Positions 18,988-28,406 are shown, counted from the first letter of the stretch. The stretch is DNA of 64,000 bases from Candidatus Nanopelagicales bacterium (GCA_030834185.1 JAURFT010000002.1:5089-69088), one strand, 5' to 3'. The notes: generated by a model from the letters alone, not told the origin. Translations and numbers: made by a program.

Positions 18988-19882
18988 CAATGTTGACTCA
19001 GCTCTGCTTTTAGTCAATCCAAATGCAGGCGGGGGAAAAGCTTTACGTGCCGCTGCATCAGCAATGCACCAACTTGAAACCGCAGGGATAAAAGTTAGAA
19101 AACATATCTCCAGCAGCCAGCTAGATTTGGTAGATGCAGTTTCAGCTGCAACTGAGTCGCGCATCTATTTGTTAGCAGGAGATGGCTCATTGCGGGCAGC
19201 CGCTGAATTAATTGTGAAGCAACAGCTTGATATTCAACTTGTCCCACTGCCTGCGGGCAGAGGGAATGATTACTGTGCTGCTATTGGAATCGATTCAAAT
19301 ATAACTAGAGCAATAGCTAAATCTTTGTTAAATCCGGAACTTTTGCATTTGGATGTTATGAGCATAAATCAAAAAACGATCGCACTTGGTGCGGTCAGCA
19401 TCGGATTAGATGCTACCGCAGCTCGGATAGCTCTGGAGATTCAAGATCGAGGTATTAAATGGTTGCGTGGCGCTCCACTTTATTTAGTTGCTGCTATTAA
19501 GGCATTGGCTAAATGGCAGACTGCCCAAATAGTGGTTCAGTTAGATGATGGCGAAGTTGACTCAAAAGATATTTGGCTTTTTGTAGTAAGTAACTCAGGC
19601 CAATTTGGTGGCGGTATGAAAATTTCTCCATATTCCAATTTGCAAGATGGATTATTGGAAGTAGTGTCAGTTGGAAGAGTTTCTAAACTAGATTTTTTAT
19701 TTACACTGCCAAAGGTATTTAGCGGCAAACATCTAAACCATCCAAAACTTCAATTAATGACTATGAGAAAAGTATTAATCGAATCAAAGCTTGATCTGAT
19801 GGCTTTTGCAGACGGGGAACCAGTTGGTCAAACTCCGCTGAACATCGCGGTGCTGCCAGCGGCATTAAAAATTATTAAATAA
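18980..19882 (+). CDS. diacylglycerol/lipid kinase family protein (DAGK catalytic domain, YegS-like)
   Basis: It has LLVNPNAGGGKA and LLAGDGSLRAAAE motifs and overlaps the upstream transporter gene by 8 nt. Confidence 0.8.
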   Translation: MISNVDSALLLVNPNAGGGKALRAAASAMHQLETAGIKVRKHISSSQLDLVDAVSAATESRIYLLAGDGSLRAAAELIVKQQLDIQLVPLPAGRGNDYCAAIGIDSNITRAIAKSLLNPELLHLDVMSINQKTIALGAVSIGLDATAARIALEIQDRGIKWLRGAPLYLVAAIKALAKWQTAQIVVQLDDGEVDSKDIWLFVVSNSGQFGGGMKISPYSNLQDGLLEVVSVGRVSKLDFLFTLPKVFSGKHLNHPKLQLMTMRKVLIESKLDLMAFADGEPVGQTPLNIAVLPAALKIIK

Positions 19883-19914
19883 CAAATGGGTGGCAGTTAC
19901 CTACCACCCATTTG
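19883..19914 (+). terminator. stem-loop immediately after the lipid-kinase stop codon (no U-tract)
   Basis: Perfect 11-bp stem caaatgggtgg / ccacccatttg with a 10-nt loop. Confidence 0.65.
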
Positions 19915-20119
19915 GACGAGTTGAGACTTCCGCGATTCGCCCGCGGTCTCCTGCCCCCGCTGAGCTAATCAAACTATTAATCCGCAACAAACACAATTCG
20001 AGAGGCTACTTTTTAAAAAGCGCTGGGCAATCTCTAAAGTAAAGGTTGAGAGATAAAAAAATAAATATTTTTAGGTATTGACAATTTAATTAAATCGGAG
20101 TTGTCTATGGCTACGTGTT

Positions 20120-20330
20120 AAACGGAGTTACCGACCCGCCTTGGTGGGGGTAGATCCCGCGAATAACTTAATCAATCAACCTACGTTCCTTGGCAACAAG
20201 TTGAGCGTAAACCGGGCGAAGTTATTCGAGTTGAGAGCGGAAGCTCTCACGCAGTTGCAACTGGCTTTATAGCTTGGATCGCAACGAGGCTAATGCGGCA
20301 AAACCCCCTCGGGCGAATCGAGGGGGTTTT
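20120..20330 (+). ncRNA. candidate unassigned structured RNA between two convergent genes
   Basis: It contains two GNRA-capped hairpins: cttg-GCAA-caag (20189..20200) and gagagc-GGAA-gctctc (20233..20248). A 10-bp long-range pairing joins cgaataactt (20160..20169) to aagttattcg (20219..20228). A strong terminator lies at 20300..20330. An A/T-rich stretch with TTGACA (20078..20083) sits upstream, but I found no convincing -10. Strand and ends are uncertain. Confidence 0.3.
20300..20330. terminator. bidirectional intrinsic terminator downstream of trmB
   Basis: aaaaccccctcg / cgagggggtttt, a 12-bp stem with a 7-nt loop and A/T runs on both sides. Confidence 0.85.
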
Positions 20331-20345
20331 GTACTTATAGCAACC

Positions 20346-20996
20346 TTACTTTTTTACGCACAGGAATTCATGGATTGAACGCCCAGCTTCTTGCGCGCGT
20401 CGTTCGAATTTTGTAATTGGGCGCCAATCTGGCCGCTGCGCGAGCTTGGTTACTTGCAGTTGAGTTGTGGCAGCTAGGACTCGCTCCATCTGAACCCCAT
20501 AATCAGGCCAATCTGTGATCGTATGAAATTTGCCGCCTGATTTAAGTTTGGTTAGAAGAAAGTCAACAATCTCAGGATGAATGATTCGTCGGTGATGATG
20601 TTTTTGTTTACGCCATGGATCTGGAAACCAGATTCGGAATTCATCAACGGAATTATCAGCGATAGATTCAGCGATCACTTCTAATGCGTCACGCACAACA
20701 ACCCTAATATTTTTTATCCCTGCTTCATCTGCTTTGAAAATCATGCTACCGACCCCAGGTGTGTGTACCTCTAAACAAACTAAGAAATCTGCTGGATTAG
20801 CTTGCGCATAGGCCAAAGCAGCTTCACCCATTCCGCTACCAATCTCAATAACAATTCGGTGATCTGGTGCCAGCTCATCGAAATTCCAATCGCCAATTGG
20901 CATTAAGTATTTATGAACTAAATGCTCAAGCGCATATTTAGCTCCAGTTGATGGCCGTGAACGTCTGGGATGAAAGGTTCGAACATTAGTTATCAC
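20346..20996 (-). CDS. trmB: tRNA (guanine46-N7)-methyltransferase
   Basis: It has the SAM motif IEIGSGMGEA and the FPDPW motif typical of TrmB. Confidence 0.9.
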   Translation of the reverse strand: MITNVRTFHPRRSRPSTGAKYALEHLVHKYLMPIGDWNFDELAPDHRIVIEIGSGMGEAALAYAQANPADFLVCLEVHTPGVGSMIFKADEAGIKNIRVVVRDALEVIAESIADNSVDEFRIWFPDPWRKQKHHHRRIIHPEIVDFLLTKLKSGGKFHTITDWPDYGVQMERVLAATTQLQVTKLAQRPDWRPITKFERRAQEAGRSIHEFLCVKK

Positions 20997-21469
20997 AAAA
21001 GAAGCTTCCTTCGCATAACCGCAACTGCATGATTGCTAACTTCAGCATCTCGAATGAATTCCCATCCCATGGCCTGATACCAACTAAGTTTTGATTCGGT
21101 GTAACCAAAAACTTCACGATAGCCAAGTGTAAAGGCTTGATCAAGCAGCGCATTTACGATCTGCGTTCCGGCTCCATGTCGCCTAAATTTTGGGTTTACA
21201 TATATCGCAGCTAACCACGGACCTGCTTCAAGTGTGTTGGGCAGCTCATCATCTGCAACAAGTGAGCCAATTCCGATTAAATTTGAACCCTGCATTGCCG
21301 CAACCGTGAATGGCAGACTGTTATTAAAGTCACCTGTTTTATATAAATTCAGATACCACTGCATAGTGTCAGCTGGAAAAGTATCTCGCCAGGCCTTGAT
21401 GCTCCAAGCTGCAGCAACTGACCGAAGTTGGCGATCTGGCGGAATTGGTAGCACTGAGATTGGACCCAT
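20993..21469 (-). CDS. GNAT-family N-acetyltransferase
   Basis: It has an acetyl-CoA-binding segment of R-x-x-G-x-G type (FRRHGAGTQIV) and a 4-nt overlap with the trmB start. Confidence 0.75.
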   Translation of the reverse strand: MGPISVLPIPPDRQLRSVAAAWSIKAWRDTFPADTMQWYLNLYKTGDFNNSLPFTVAAMQGSNLIGIGSLVADDELPNTLEAGPWLAAIYVNPKFRRHGAGTQIVNALLDQAFTLGYREVFGYTESKLSWYQAMGWEFIRDAEVSNHAVAVMRRKLLL

Positions 21470-21505
21470 GGCTTGATCTTCCCAAAGATGCGCAAAGATT
21501 TGGCT

Positions 21506-22378
21506 ATGGCCAGCTCGGGTTTTGTGTATCCACCTCCATCTGATGGGAAACCCTTCAGATTAGTGATGGGGCTGCGCAATCTGGCTGCGGCGGATTGGAT
21601 TGAAAGCGGGCCTGAGCTAACAGCCCAATTAGTGGAGCGACAAGGCTTAATAGCCAAAAATCGAGCAGCTGTATTTGCCGAGTTGCCAGGCTTTGAACAG
21701 CCAGTTCGGGAATTTTCAGAACTTATTAAAAGTAATCTAAACCAGTTCCACTCAGATAGGTATGACTTTGCAGCAGCTGATCTAGTTCGTCACCGAGAAA
21801 CTGGGTTTGAAGTTGATCTTGCAGCCGATCATCCATTTATTCAATTGGCAAAAATAATTGGTGAAGATTTATGTCTAATCTCAAAAGTAGATCAGCGCTG
21901 GGTGCTAACAGCAGCTGCGGTGATTTATCCATCAAGATGGCTGCTCGCTGAAAAGCTTGGCAAAAGTTTAGATCAAATCCACGAACCGGTGCCAAACTAT
22001 AAAGATTCATTGCAGCCAGCTATGGAGTTAACTTTTGATAAATTAAATCCGGCCAGGCAGGTGTGGCGACTTAATTGGGCGCTGCACGCTCATCCGCAGC
22101 TGCATCAGCCAGTTGCAACCAAAGCTACCGCTGACCCAGCAAATTATTGGTGGCGAACAGAGCGACAAACGCTGACTAAATTAGTAAAAACTGATCATGT
22201 GCTTTTCACTATTCGTAACCGCATCGAACCCTTAAGCCAGATCTTGCAGCGCCCAGCTGAAGCGCAAGCTTTCGCCCAAACCTTAGCTTCGATGAACTCA
22301 GACACAATTGCGTATAAGGGTTTGAGCTCAGATCATCAAAAAATAGTTGATTATTTAATGAGCGGGCAGATTAACTAA
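21506..22378 (+). CDS. DUF3445-family protein (heme-dependent oxidative N-demethylase-like)
   Basis: I recognise the family only from overall sequence character (PFRLVMGLRNL ... VIYPSRWLLAEKLGKSLDQIHEPVP). The start is uncertain, at 21473, 21488 or 21506. Confidence 0.55.
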   Translation: MASSGFVYPPPSDGKPFRLVMGLRNLAAADWIESGPELTAQLVERQGLIAKNRAAVFAELPGFEQPVREFSELIKSNLNQFHSDRYDFAAADLVRHRETGFEVDLAADHPFIQLAKIIGEDLCLISKVDQRWVLTAAAVIYPSRWLLAEKLGKSLDQIHEPVPNYKDSLQPAMELTFDKLNPARQVWRLNWALHAHPQLHQPVATKATADPANYWWRTERQTLTKLVKTDHVLFTIRNRIEPLSQILQRPAEAQAFAQTLASMNSDTIAYKGLSSDHQKIVDYLMSGQIN

Positions 22379-23470
22379 AAGCTCAGCTGCGGCATTGATC
22401 TCTTGCAGTTGCACTTGATTCAAAGCATGACTTGGGTAATGATCAACTGAATCTGCAAATGGATCAGCTAGTAATTTAACTCCAACTAGTTCTTGTAAAA
22501 CTGCCTGACCACAAATTGGCGAATATACGGCGTTGTAGCCACCCTCATGCGTCATCACAATCCGGCCAGCTGCCACCTGATTTGCAACCTGCATTAACTT
22601 CTTAGTCAAAGTTGCATAGCCATTAGCGGTTAGCAGCATTCTGCCTAGCGGATCAAAAACACAAGAATCAAAACCAGAGGCAACAAAAATTAATTCTGGT
22701 TTAAATTTCAGCAGCGCTGGGATTACAACGTCTTCAAAAGCTTTCTCGTATCCGGCGTTTCCAACTCCTGCAGAGAGTGGAATGTTCAAGTTGGTGCCAG
22801 CAGCAACTCCACTTCCAATTTCATCTCGTAGTCCGCTGTCATGTGGGTAGAGTCGATCTTGATGAATTGAGATGGTTAGCACATTTGGATCATCATAGAA
22901 AATATCCTGGGTGCCATTGCCGTGATGAACATCCCAGTCAACCACTGCGATTCGAGAAACCCCATATTTTTGCTGGGCATATTTTGCTGCGATCGAACCG
23001 TTGGCAAATAAGCAATATCCCATACCAAGATCTGCAACCGCATGATGCCCAGGTGGCCGAACTAGGGCATAGCCGTTTGTAATTTCATTTTTCATGACAG
23101 CATCAACCATTTGCAAAATGCCACCTACACCTAAAGTGGCAATCTCATAGCCACCTTTACCAAACGGGGTAGTTAAATCTCCAGCATCACCACCAAGCCG
23201 AGATTCAGATTGAGATTTGATGTAATCAATATGGCGTTGAGTGTGTACCAGCCTGAGCTCAGCTTCAGTGGCATGCCTTGGTTCAATTCTGATTAAATGC
23301 TTGATCAGACCAGAAACCACAATGAGCTCATGAATGCGACGCTTGGCGTCAGAATGTTCATAGTTGTAGTAGGGCTGTAGCCCTCTGGCAGGATCTGCTG
23401 GAGCATCTCCAACAAAAGTGCCGGTGTCATGCCAGCCAAAAACTTCGTGATAAAGATATCCAGTTTTCAT
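22355..23470 (-). CDS. class II histone-deacetylase-like amidohydrolase (acetylpolyamine/acetoin-utilisation type)
   Basis: It has RPPGHHA, DWDVHHGNGTQ, SGFD and HEGGY motifs of the arginase/deacetylase fold. Confidence 0.88.
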   Translation of the reverse strand: MKTGYLYHEVFGWHDTGTFVGDAPADPARGLQPYYNYEHSDAKRRIHELIVVSGLIKHLIRIEPRHATEAELRLVHTQRHIDYIKSQSESRLGGDAGDLTTPFGKGGYEIATLGVGGILQMVDAVMKNEITNGYALVRPPGHHAVADLGMGYCLFANGSIAAKYAQQKYGVSRIAVVDWDVHHGNGTQDIFYDDPNVLTISIHQDRLYPHDSGLRDEIGSGVAAGTNLNIPLSAGVGNAGYEKAFEDVVIPALLKFKPELIFVASGFDSCVFDPLGRMLLTANGYATLTKKLMQVANQVAAGRIVMTHEGGYNAVYSPICGQAVLQELVGVKLLADPFADSVDHYPSHALNQVQLQEINAAAELLVNLPAH

Positions 23471-23472
23471 GT

Positions 23473-24051
23473 TTACCTAGTAATTATTCGTGGATAGGAA
23501 TCAGTAACCATTGCAAATGCATAACCGGCAACACGATTGATATAACTAATATATCCAACAATGAATTTTTGCCCGCTTCCTGAGTATTTGCCTGTAATTA
23601 AAATTGTAATCCAATTGAAAATCACGACAGCATAAACACCAGCAGTTGCAAGTACAATGACTACATAATGTGGCAGGGCTAAAATCCATTTAACTAATGG
23701 CAGCCACCGATTTATATTTTTACCCTCTGCAATATCTGGAAGCACAACACGAACTTTCAGGTCAACTATAAAATTTGGATAGGCGTCGGTTAGCAAAAAA
23801 AGATAGGAGTTTGCTTTGGTTGCAAACTCTAAAATTCCATGGGTAAATGCAATCATCCAGATGGGGTAAATTCCGAAAATCACAATCACAATAGCTAGAA
23901 GCACTGGCAACACTCCAGTACCCTCATGTGATGGCGTGATCAGACTTACTAAAAATATCGCTGGTATTGCAAGGATTGGTCGAAATAAAGTGGTCAGCCG
24001 ATTTCGCTTACCCAGCTGTGGATCTATGAATGTTTCAACTTCAGTTCGCAC
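23473..24051 (-). CDS. DUF4389-family membrane protein
   Basis: It has TM segments and the C-terminal GKYSGSGQKFIVGYISYINRVAGYAFAMVTDSYPRI, typical of DUF4389. I chose GTG 24051, which follows GGAACGAGG. The track ORF start at 24210 overlaps yajQ and is Cys/Pro-rich, so I treat it as spurious. Confidence 0.65.
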   Translation of the reverse strand: MRTEVETFIDPQLGKRNRLTTLFRPILAIPAIFLVSLITPSHEGTGVLPVLLAIVIVIFGIYPIWMIAFTHGILEFATKANSYLFLLTDAYPNFIVDLKVRVVLPDIAEGKNINRWLPLVKWILALPHYVVIVLATAGVYAVVIFNWITILITGKYSGSGQKFIVGYISYINRVAGYAFAMVTDSYPRIITR

Positions 24052-24137
24052 CTGGACCTCGTTCCTTATTGAGCAACAGCAGCCTACTGGCAGGGGTGGA
24101 ATTTGAGAATTATGACAGCGGGGAATATGGTTGCGGT

Positions 24138-24626
24138 ATGGCTGACTTTTCATTTGACATTGTAAGCAAGGCAGACCGCATGGAAGTTGATAATGCGGTA
24201 AATCAGGCAATTCGAGAGATTGCTACTCGGTTCGATTTTAAGAATACGGGCGCTGAAATTGAGCACACCGCGGATAAAGTAAAAATAACAGCAGATACCG
24301 AAGAGCGCTGTAAGGCGGCGCTGGATGTACTAAAAGATAAATGGGTTAAGCGACAGTTATCCCTTAAGCAACTTGATACAACAGAACCTGCGCTATCAGG
24401 TAAAACGTACTCAATATCAGCCACCATTAAAGAGGGCATCTCAAGTGAAAATGCTAAAAAGGTAAGTAAATTGATACGAGATGAAGCTCCAAAATCAGTG
24501 AAGTCACAAATTCAAGGTGATGAACTGCGAGTTTCAAGTAAAAGTAAAGATGATTTACAAGACACAATGACGCTAATAAAAAATAGTGATTTTGATTTCG
24601 CTGTGCAATTTACAAATTTTAGATAA
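24138..24626 (+). CDS. yajQ: YajQ-family nucleotide (cyclic-di-GMP)-binding protein
   Basis: From ATG 24138 the product is MADFSFDIVSKADRMEVDNAVNQAIREIATRFDFK, 162 aa. This is the canonical YajQ/UPF0234 N-terminus and length. Confidence 0.88.
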   Translation: MADFSFDIVSKADRMEVDNAVNQAIREIATRFDFKNTGAEIEHTADKVKITADTEERCKAALDVLKDKWVKRQLSLKQLDTTEPALSGKTYSISATIKEGISSENAKKVSKLIRDEAPKSVKSQIQGDELRVSSKSKDDLQDTMTLIKNSDFDFAVQFTNFR

Positions 24627-25424
24627 TTAAAACTTTATCTTAAATTCAAGTTCAACATTTTCACCACTAGCTAACACTTGATTGCGCTCAAGCTCGATTG
24701 CATTTGGTGGTGCAGACTGCGGCTCAACGCAGAGTGAATCAGCAGGAGCTGAATAAATAACCCAGTATGGAGAGTTGCTTTCTAGTTTGAGCTTTACCAG
24801 CTCTCCCCAGCTCAGCTCAATTCCAGGGTTTTCTCCAATAAAGCAGTCGTCCCAAGGTAGCGGCTTAGGGGTAGATATAGTTTTAGTTGTTACTTTTCCT
24901 TCATCACGCACATACATCTGATCAAAGCTTGCAGTTAATTGAATTTCTTGGTTGTTGATATGTTTACGAAACCAAGGATGAAATCCGATCCAGGCTGGCA
25001 TAGCATCAAATGCGGTCAATTTCATCTGCATACTAATTTCATTCTCTAGCAATAAGAAATCTTGTCGCAGCTCTCCACGAAATGGCCAGCCAGCAGAAAT
25101 TGTTGTTTGAAGCTCAATTTTATTAATGGAATGATTTAGAACGTCCCAAGATTGATAAATTGCAGTTCCATGAATCGCATGAGGTGGATCTGCTAATTCA
25201 AGCTGGTGCTGCTCACCATTAAATTCAAATTTCCCATTTCTGATCCGACCAGCATATGGCGCCATGGGAAAAGATCCATAACCAAATATTGAGTTATCTG
25301 TGTTGAACTTTTCATCCCGAAGAATTTCAAAACCATCAATAATTATTGAAACAATCCTGCCGCCATCAACTGGGTCAACTACAATAAGTGACCTGTGATT
25401 ACTTAGCGTCAGTAATTGGCTCAA
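24627..25424 (-). CDS. aldose 1-epimerase-family protein
   Basis: Its size and beta-sandwich mutarotase-like sequence character suggest the family. I did not verify any catalytic motif by eye. Confidence 0.6.
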   Translation of the reverse strand: MSQLLTLSNHRSLIVVDPVDGGRIVSIIIDGFEILRDEKFNTDNSIFGYGSFPMAPYAGRIRNGKFEFNGEQHQLELADPPHAIHGTAIYQSWDVLNHSINKIELQTTISAGWPFRGELRQDFLLLENEISMQMKLTAFDAMPAWIGFHPWFRKHINNQEIQLTASFDQMYVRDEGKVTTKTISTPKPLPWDDCFIGENPGIELSWGELVKLKLESNSPYWVIYSAPADSLCVEPQSAPPNAIELERNQVLASGENVELEFKIKF

Positions 25425-25795
25425 GCGTTCGCTTCTGGTAGAAATGATTTATATGCCGCAAATGCTCTAGGCCCATAAACAGTGCCAGGGCCGCCCATCA
25501 TCTGGATACAAACACCAATTAACTCTGCTACCTCGGCTGCCGAAGCACCTTTAGTAACCAGCCCTCTGGCATGTGATGCGATGCAACCATCACAGTGGCT
25601 TGCGATTGCAACTGCCATTGCAATTAACTCTTTTGTCTTCGCATCAAGTGCACCAGGATTTTGTGCTGCGGCTGATAACTTGCCAAAAGCCTCATATACC
25701 TCAGGGATATAACCTCTTAATTCACGGCCTAGTGGAGTGAGCTCGGCTAAAACATCACGGCCGTGAGCATGAATATGATCTTTAGGTTCAGTCAT
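25421..25795 (-). CDS. carboxymuconolactone decarboxylase / AhpD-like family protein
   Basis: It has the CxxC motif in HCDGCIASH, typical of the AhpD-core domain, and is 124 aa long. Confidence 0.8.
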   Translation of the reverse strand: MTEPKDHIHAHGRDVLAELTPLGRELRGYIPEVYEAFGKLSAAAQNPGALDAKTKELIAMAVAIASHCDGCIASHARGLVTKGASAAEVAELIGVCIQMMGGPGTVYGPRAFAAYKSFLPEANA

Positions 25796-25841
25796 GGCTT
25801 GATTCTAGATCCATTTATAGGTTGACCACTATCTTTTACTC

Positions 25842-26660
25842 ATGACAGGTCCTGCGATTTCAGCGATTGCCGCCGCTATCGAGCAGTGGTATCCAGTTGA
25901 ACTTGCGGCCGAATGGGATCAGATTGGGCTAACTGTGGGGAATCCCAGTCAGCCTATTAATACTGTGTTGCTAAGCGTTGACATCACAGAAAAAGTTTTA
26001 AAACAAGCCCAAGAGCTTGGTGCTGGTTTAATCATCTCTCACCACCCTGTTTTTTTGCCAGAGGTTTCTGATGTTGTGGTTCTACAAAATATTTCGCGAA
26101 TCATTCATGCAGCTGCAGAGAATCAGATTGGTCTCTACGTTGCACACACAAATACCGATGCTGCCATCGCTGGGGTATCTGATGCAATTATGAGCGCGCT
26201 GGGAGCTGAAACTGAATCCTCGATCTCTGATCCGACGCAGAAAACTGGAATTGGCCGAATTGGCTCGCTTCAAAATGTTATGCAGTTGGATGATTTTGCA
26301 AAATTAGTGGCACAGGCATTGCCTGAAAATCATTTTGGCGTAACAGTTGCAGGGGATCTTGCCAAACCGATTACGCGCATAGCAGTGTGTGGCGGAGCAG
26401 GGGCGTCGCTGCTACCTGAAGTCGCCATGCTTGATGTTGACGTATACGTAACGGCGGACCTAAAACACCATGCTGCACTGGATCACCTTGCAAACAGTGA
26501 AATAGCACTGGTCAATGTTTCCCATTGGGCAAGTGAGTGGCTATGGTTAGCCACGATAGCTAAAAAACTAAATCAGGAGTTCACGCAGGTGAAGACCATT
26601 GTTTCAGAAATTTGCACAGACCCCTGGGTTGCTCATTATGAATCTGGATCGCGCCCATGA
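25842..26660 (+). CDS. Nif3-like dinuclear metal-centre protein
   Basis: It shows the NIF3/YbgI architecture (SHHP, AHTNTD, SHWASE). It is the first gene of the conserved nif3 / zinc-ribbon / RNase H trio (Rv2230c-Rv2228c in M. tuberculosis). Confidence 0.85.
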   Translation: MTGPAISAIAAAIEQWYPVELAAEWDQIGLTVGNPSQPINTVLLSVDITEKVLKQAQELGAGLIISHHPVFLPEVSDVVVLQNISRIIHAAAENQIGLYVAHTNTDAAIAGVSDAIMSALGAETESSISDPTQKTGIGRIGSLQNVMQLDDFAKLVAQALPENHFGVTVAGDLAKPITRIAVCGGAGASLLPEVAMLDVDVYVTADLKHHAALDHLANSEIALVNVSHWASEWLWLATIAKKLNQEFTQVKTIVSEICTDPWVAHYESGSRP

Positions 26661-27379
26661 AGGCTGCCAAAGATCAACAACTTAAGCTGCTCGAGCTGCA
26701 GCAAATTGAAACGATAATTGATCAATTGAACTACAAGGCTAAACACCTGCCTGAAGTTAAAGAGCTGGATTCAGCACGAGCTGCTTTACCAATTGCTGAA
26801 AATGAGTTGATTAATCGAAAAACTACGGTTGCAGATTTGCAGGTTTTAGTAAAGCGAGCCGATGCTGATGTTGAACAAGTTCGAATTCGAATTGAACGAG
26901 ATAGCGCTTTAATTGATGGCGGAACATTGTCTGCTAAGGATATCGTCAATATGCAGCATGAACTAGAAACCCTAAAACGTCGCCAACTTAACCTTGAGGA
27001 TGAAGAACTTGAAATTATGGCTCAAGTTGAACAAGCTCAACTTGAGGTAAATAAGTTCGATGCTGAATTTGAATCGGCGAAGTCAAGGCTTAATGTTGCA
27101 GCTGCGGCAGCGGATGCGCTGCTAAAAGAAATATATGCAGAAAAAAATGCTAAACAAATCCAGGCTCAAGAATTACGTACACAACTAGATACTGAGCTAC
27201 TTAAGCTGTACGACAAAATCAAATCTGATCAAGGTGGAGTTGGGGCAGCTGCCCTTAAAGGTAAAACATGCGAAGGCTGTCGCATTGAAATAAGTGCTAC
27301 TGATTTAGCTGTTATAAATTCAGCAAGTCCTGATGATGTTATTCGATGTGATGAGTGTCGAAGAATTTTGGTTAGGTAA
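26657..27379 (+). CDS. coiled-coil C4 zinc-ribbon protein (DUF164-like)
   Basis: It has a long coiled coil and a C-terminal CEGCRIEI ... CDECRRILV motif. Its start overlaps the nif3 stop. Confidence 0.8.
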   Translation: MKAAKDQQLKLLELQQIETIIDQLNYKAKHLPEVKELDSARAALPIAENELINRKTTVADLQVLVKRADADVEQVRIRIERDSALIDGGTLSAKDIVNMQHELETLKRRQLNLEDEELEIMAQVEQAQLEVNKFDAEFESAKSRLNVAAAAADALLKEIYAEKNAKQIQAQELRTQLDTELLKLYDKIKSDQGGVGAAALKGKTCEGCRIEISATDLAVINSASPDDVIRCDECRRILVR

Positions 27380-27789
27380 TGCCAAAATTTATTGCTGAAG
27401 CTGATGGTGGCTCAAGAGGGAACCCAGGTCCTGCAGCTTATGGTGCGCTGGTAAGAGATGCTTCAACCTTTGAAGTTCTTGCAGAAGCAAAAGAGTATTT
27501 GGGAACTCAGACAAATAATTATGCCGAGTACAGCGGTTTAATAGCCGCACTGGAGCTGGTTAAACAACTTGATGCAGATGCAACAGTTGAAGTGCGAATG
27601 GATTCAAAGTTAGTAGTAGAACAGATGAGCGGTAATTGGAAAATTAAACACCCAGGGCTGCGTCAGCTTGCACTGAAAGCTAAAGCGATACTTCCACATG
27701 ACCAAGTTACTTATAAGTGGATTAGGCGAGACGCAAATTTCGATGCAGATTTGCTGGTAAATCAAGCACTAGATAGTTATAACATCTAG
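27379..27789 (+). CDS. rnhA: ribonuclease H (stand-alone RNase HI-type domain)
   Basis: It has ADGGSRGNPGPAAYG and NNYAEY motifs. It lacks the C-terminal phosphatase domain that is fused to it in Rv2228c. Confidence 0.82.
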   Translation: MPKFIAEADGGSRGNPGPAAYGALVRDASTFEVLAEAKEYLGTQTNNYAEYSGLIAALELVKQLDADATVEVRMDSKLVVEQMSGNWKIKHPGLRQLALKAKAILPHDQVTYKWIRRDANFDADLLVNQALDSYNI

Positions 27790-27797
27790 GAGATGTA

Positions 27798-28223
27798 ATG
27801 GAGACTAAAAAATTCACAACAGGTCGTGGCATGGCAATTATGCTGTTGGCAACTGGGACTGGACATTTTTTATTTCCAGCCCAGCTAGATGCGATTGTGC
27901 CACCGCTTCTCCCTGGTGATCCAAGGGTTTGGACCCATTTAAGTGGCCTGGCTGAAATAGTTGTTGCGCTGATGCTGCTGGCGCCCCTTTCCATGAAAGT
28001 AAGAAACCAGAATTTAAGACTAATTGGTGCCTGGTTAGCTCTTGCACTTTTTGTTGCGGTTTATCCAGCAAATATTTATATGGCAATAGATTATTCTGAT
28101 CGAGAATTTTCTGAGCAAATTGTTGCCTACCTGAGGTTGCCACTTCAGTTCGGACTGTTTTATTGGGCTTGGGCAATTACCAAGGATATTAAGCGCCATC
28201 TGCTTCAGTTAGAAGTTAATTAG
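27798..28223 (+). CDS. small DoxX-like membrane protein
   Basis: A four-TM ORF. The family assignment is tentative. Confidence 0.55.
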   Translation: METKKFTTGRGMAIMLLATGTGHFLFPAQLDAIVPPLLPGDPRVWTHLSGLAEIVVALMLLAPLSMKVRNQNLRLIGAWLALALFVAVYPANIYMAIDYSDREFSEQIVAYLRLPLQFGLFYWAWAITKDIKRHLLQLEVN

Positions 28224-28406
28224 CCAAGGAATAATGATTCAGGCAAATCTGCCAATGCGGTCATAAAAGATAAAAGGCAGTAAGCACAGAGATTTAACAT
28301 TTGGTAGAGCAGGAAATTTTTAAACTCGTTCATACAAGCAAAGTAATCTCAGAAATTTTTCTACTTATTCAACATCATTATGATTTAAATAAGATCATTG
28401 AACTTA

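Noticed and set aside
20078-20106. A promoter for the candidate ncRNA, from a perfect TTGACA preceded by an A/T-rich UP-like stretch.
   Set aside because: No acceptable -10 (TATAAT or TANNNT) lies 16-19 bp downstream, so I do not call a promoter. It is mentioned only as context.
19883-20345. Assigning the long spacer to tmRNA, SRP (4.5S) RNA, 6C RNA or a riboswitch.
   Set aside because: It has no tRNA-like acceptor end or tag ORF. The SRP domain IV motif does not fit around the GGAA loop. There are no paired C-rich loops. No downstream gene lies on either strand for a riboswitch to control.
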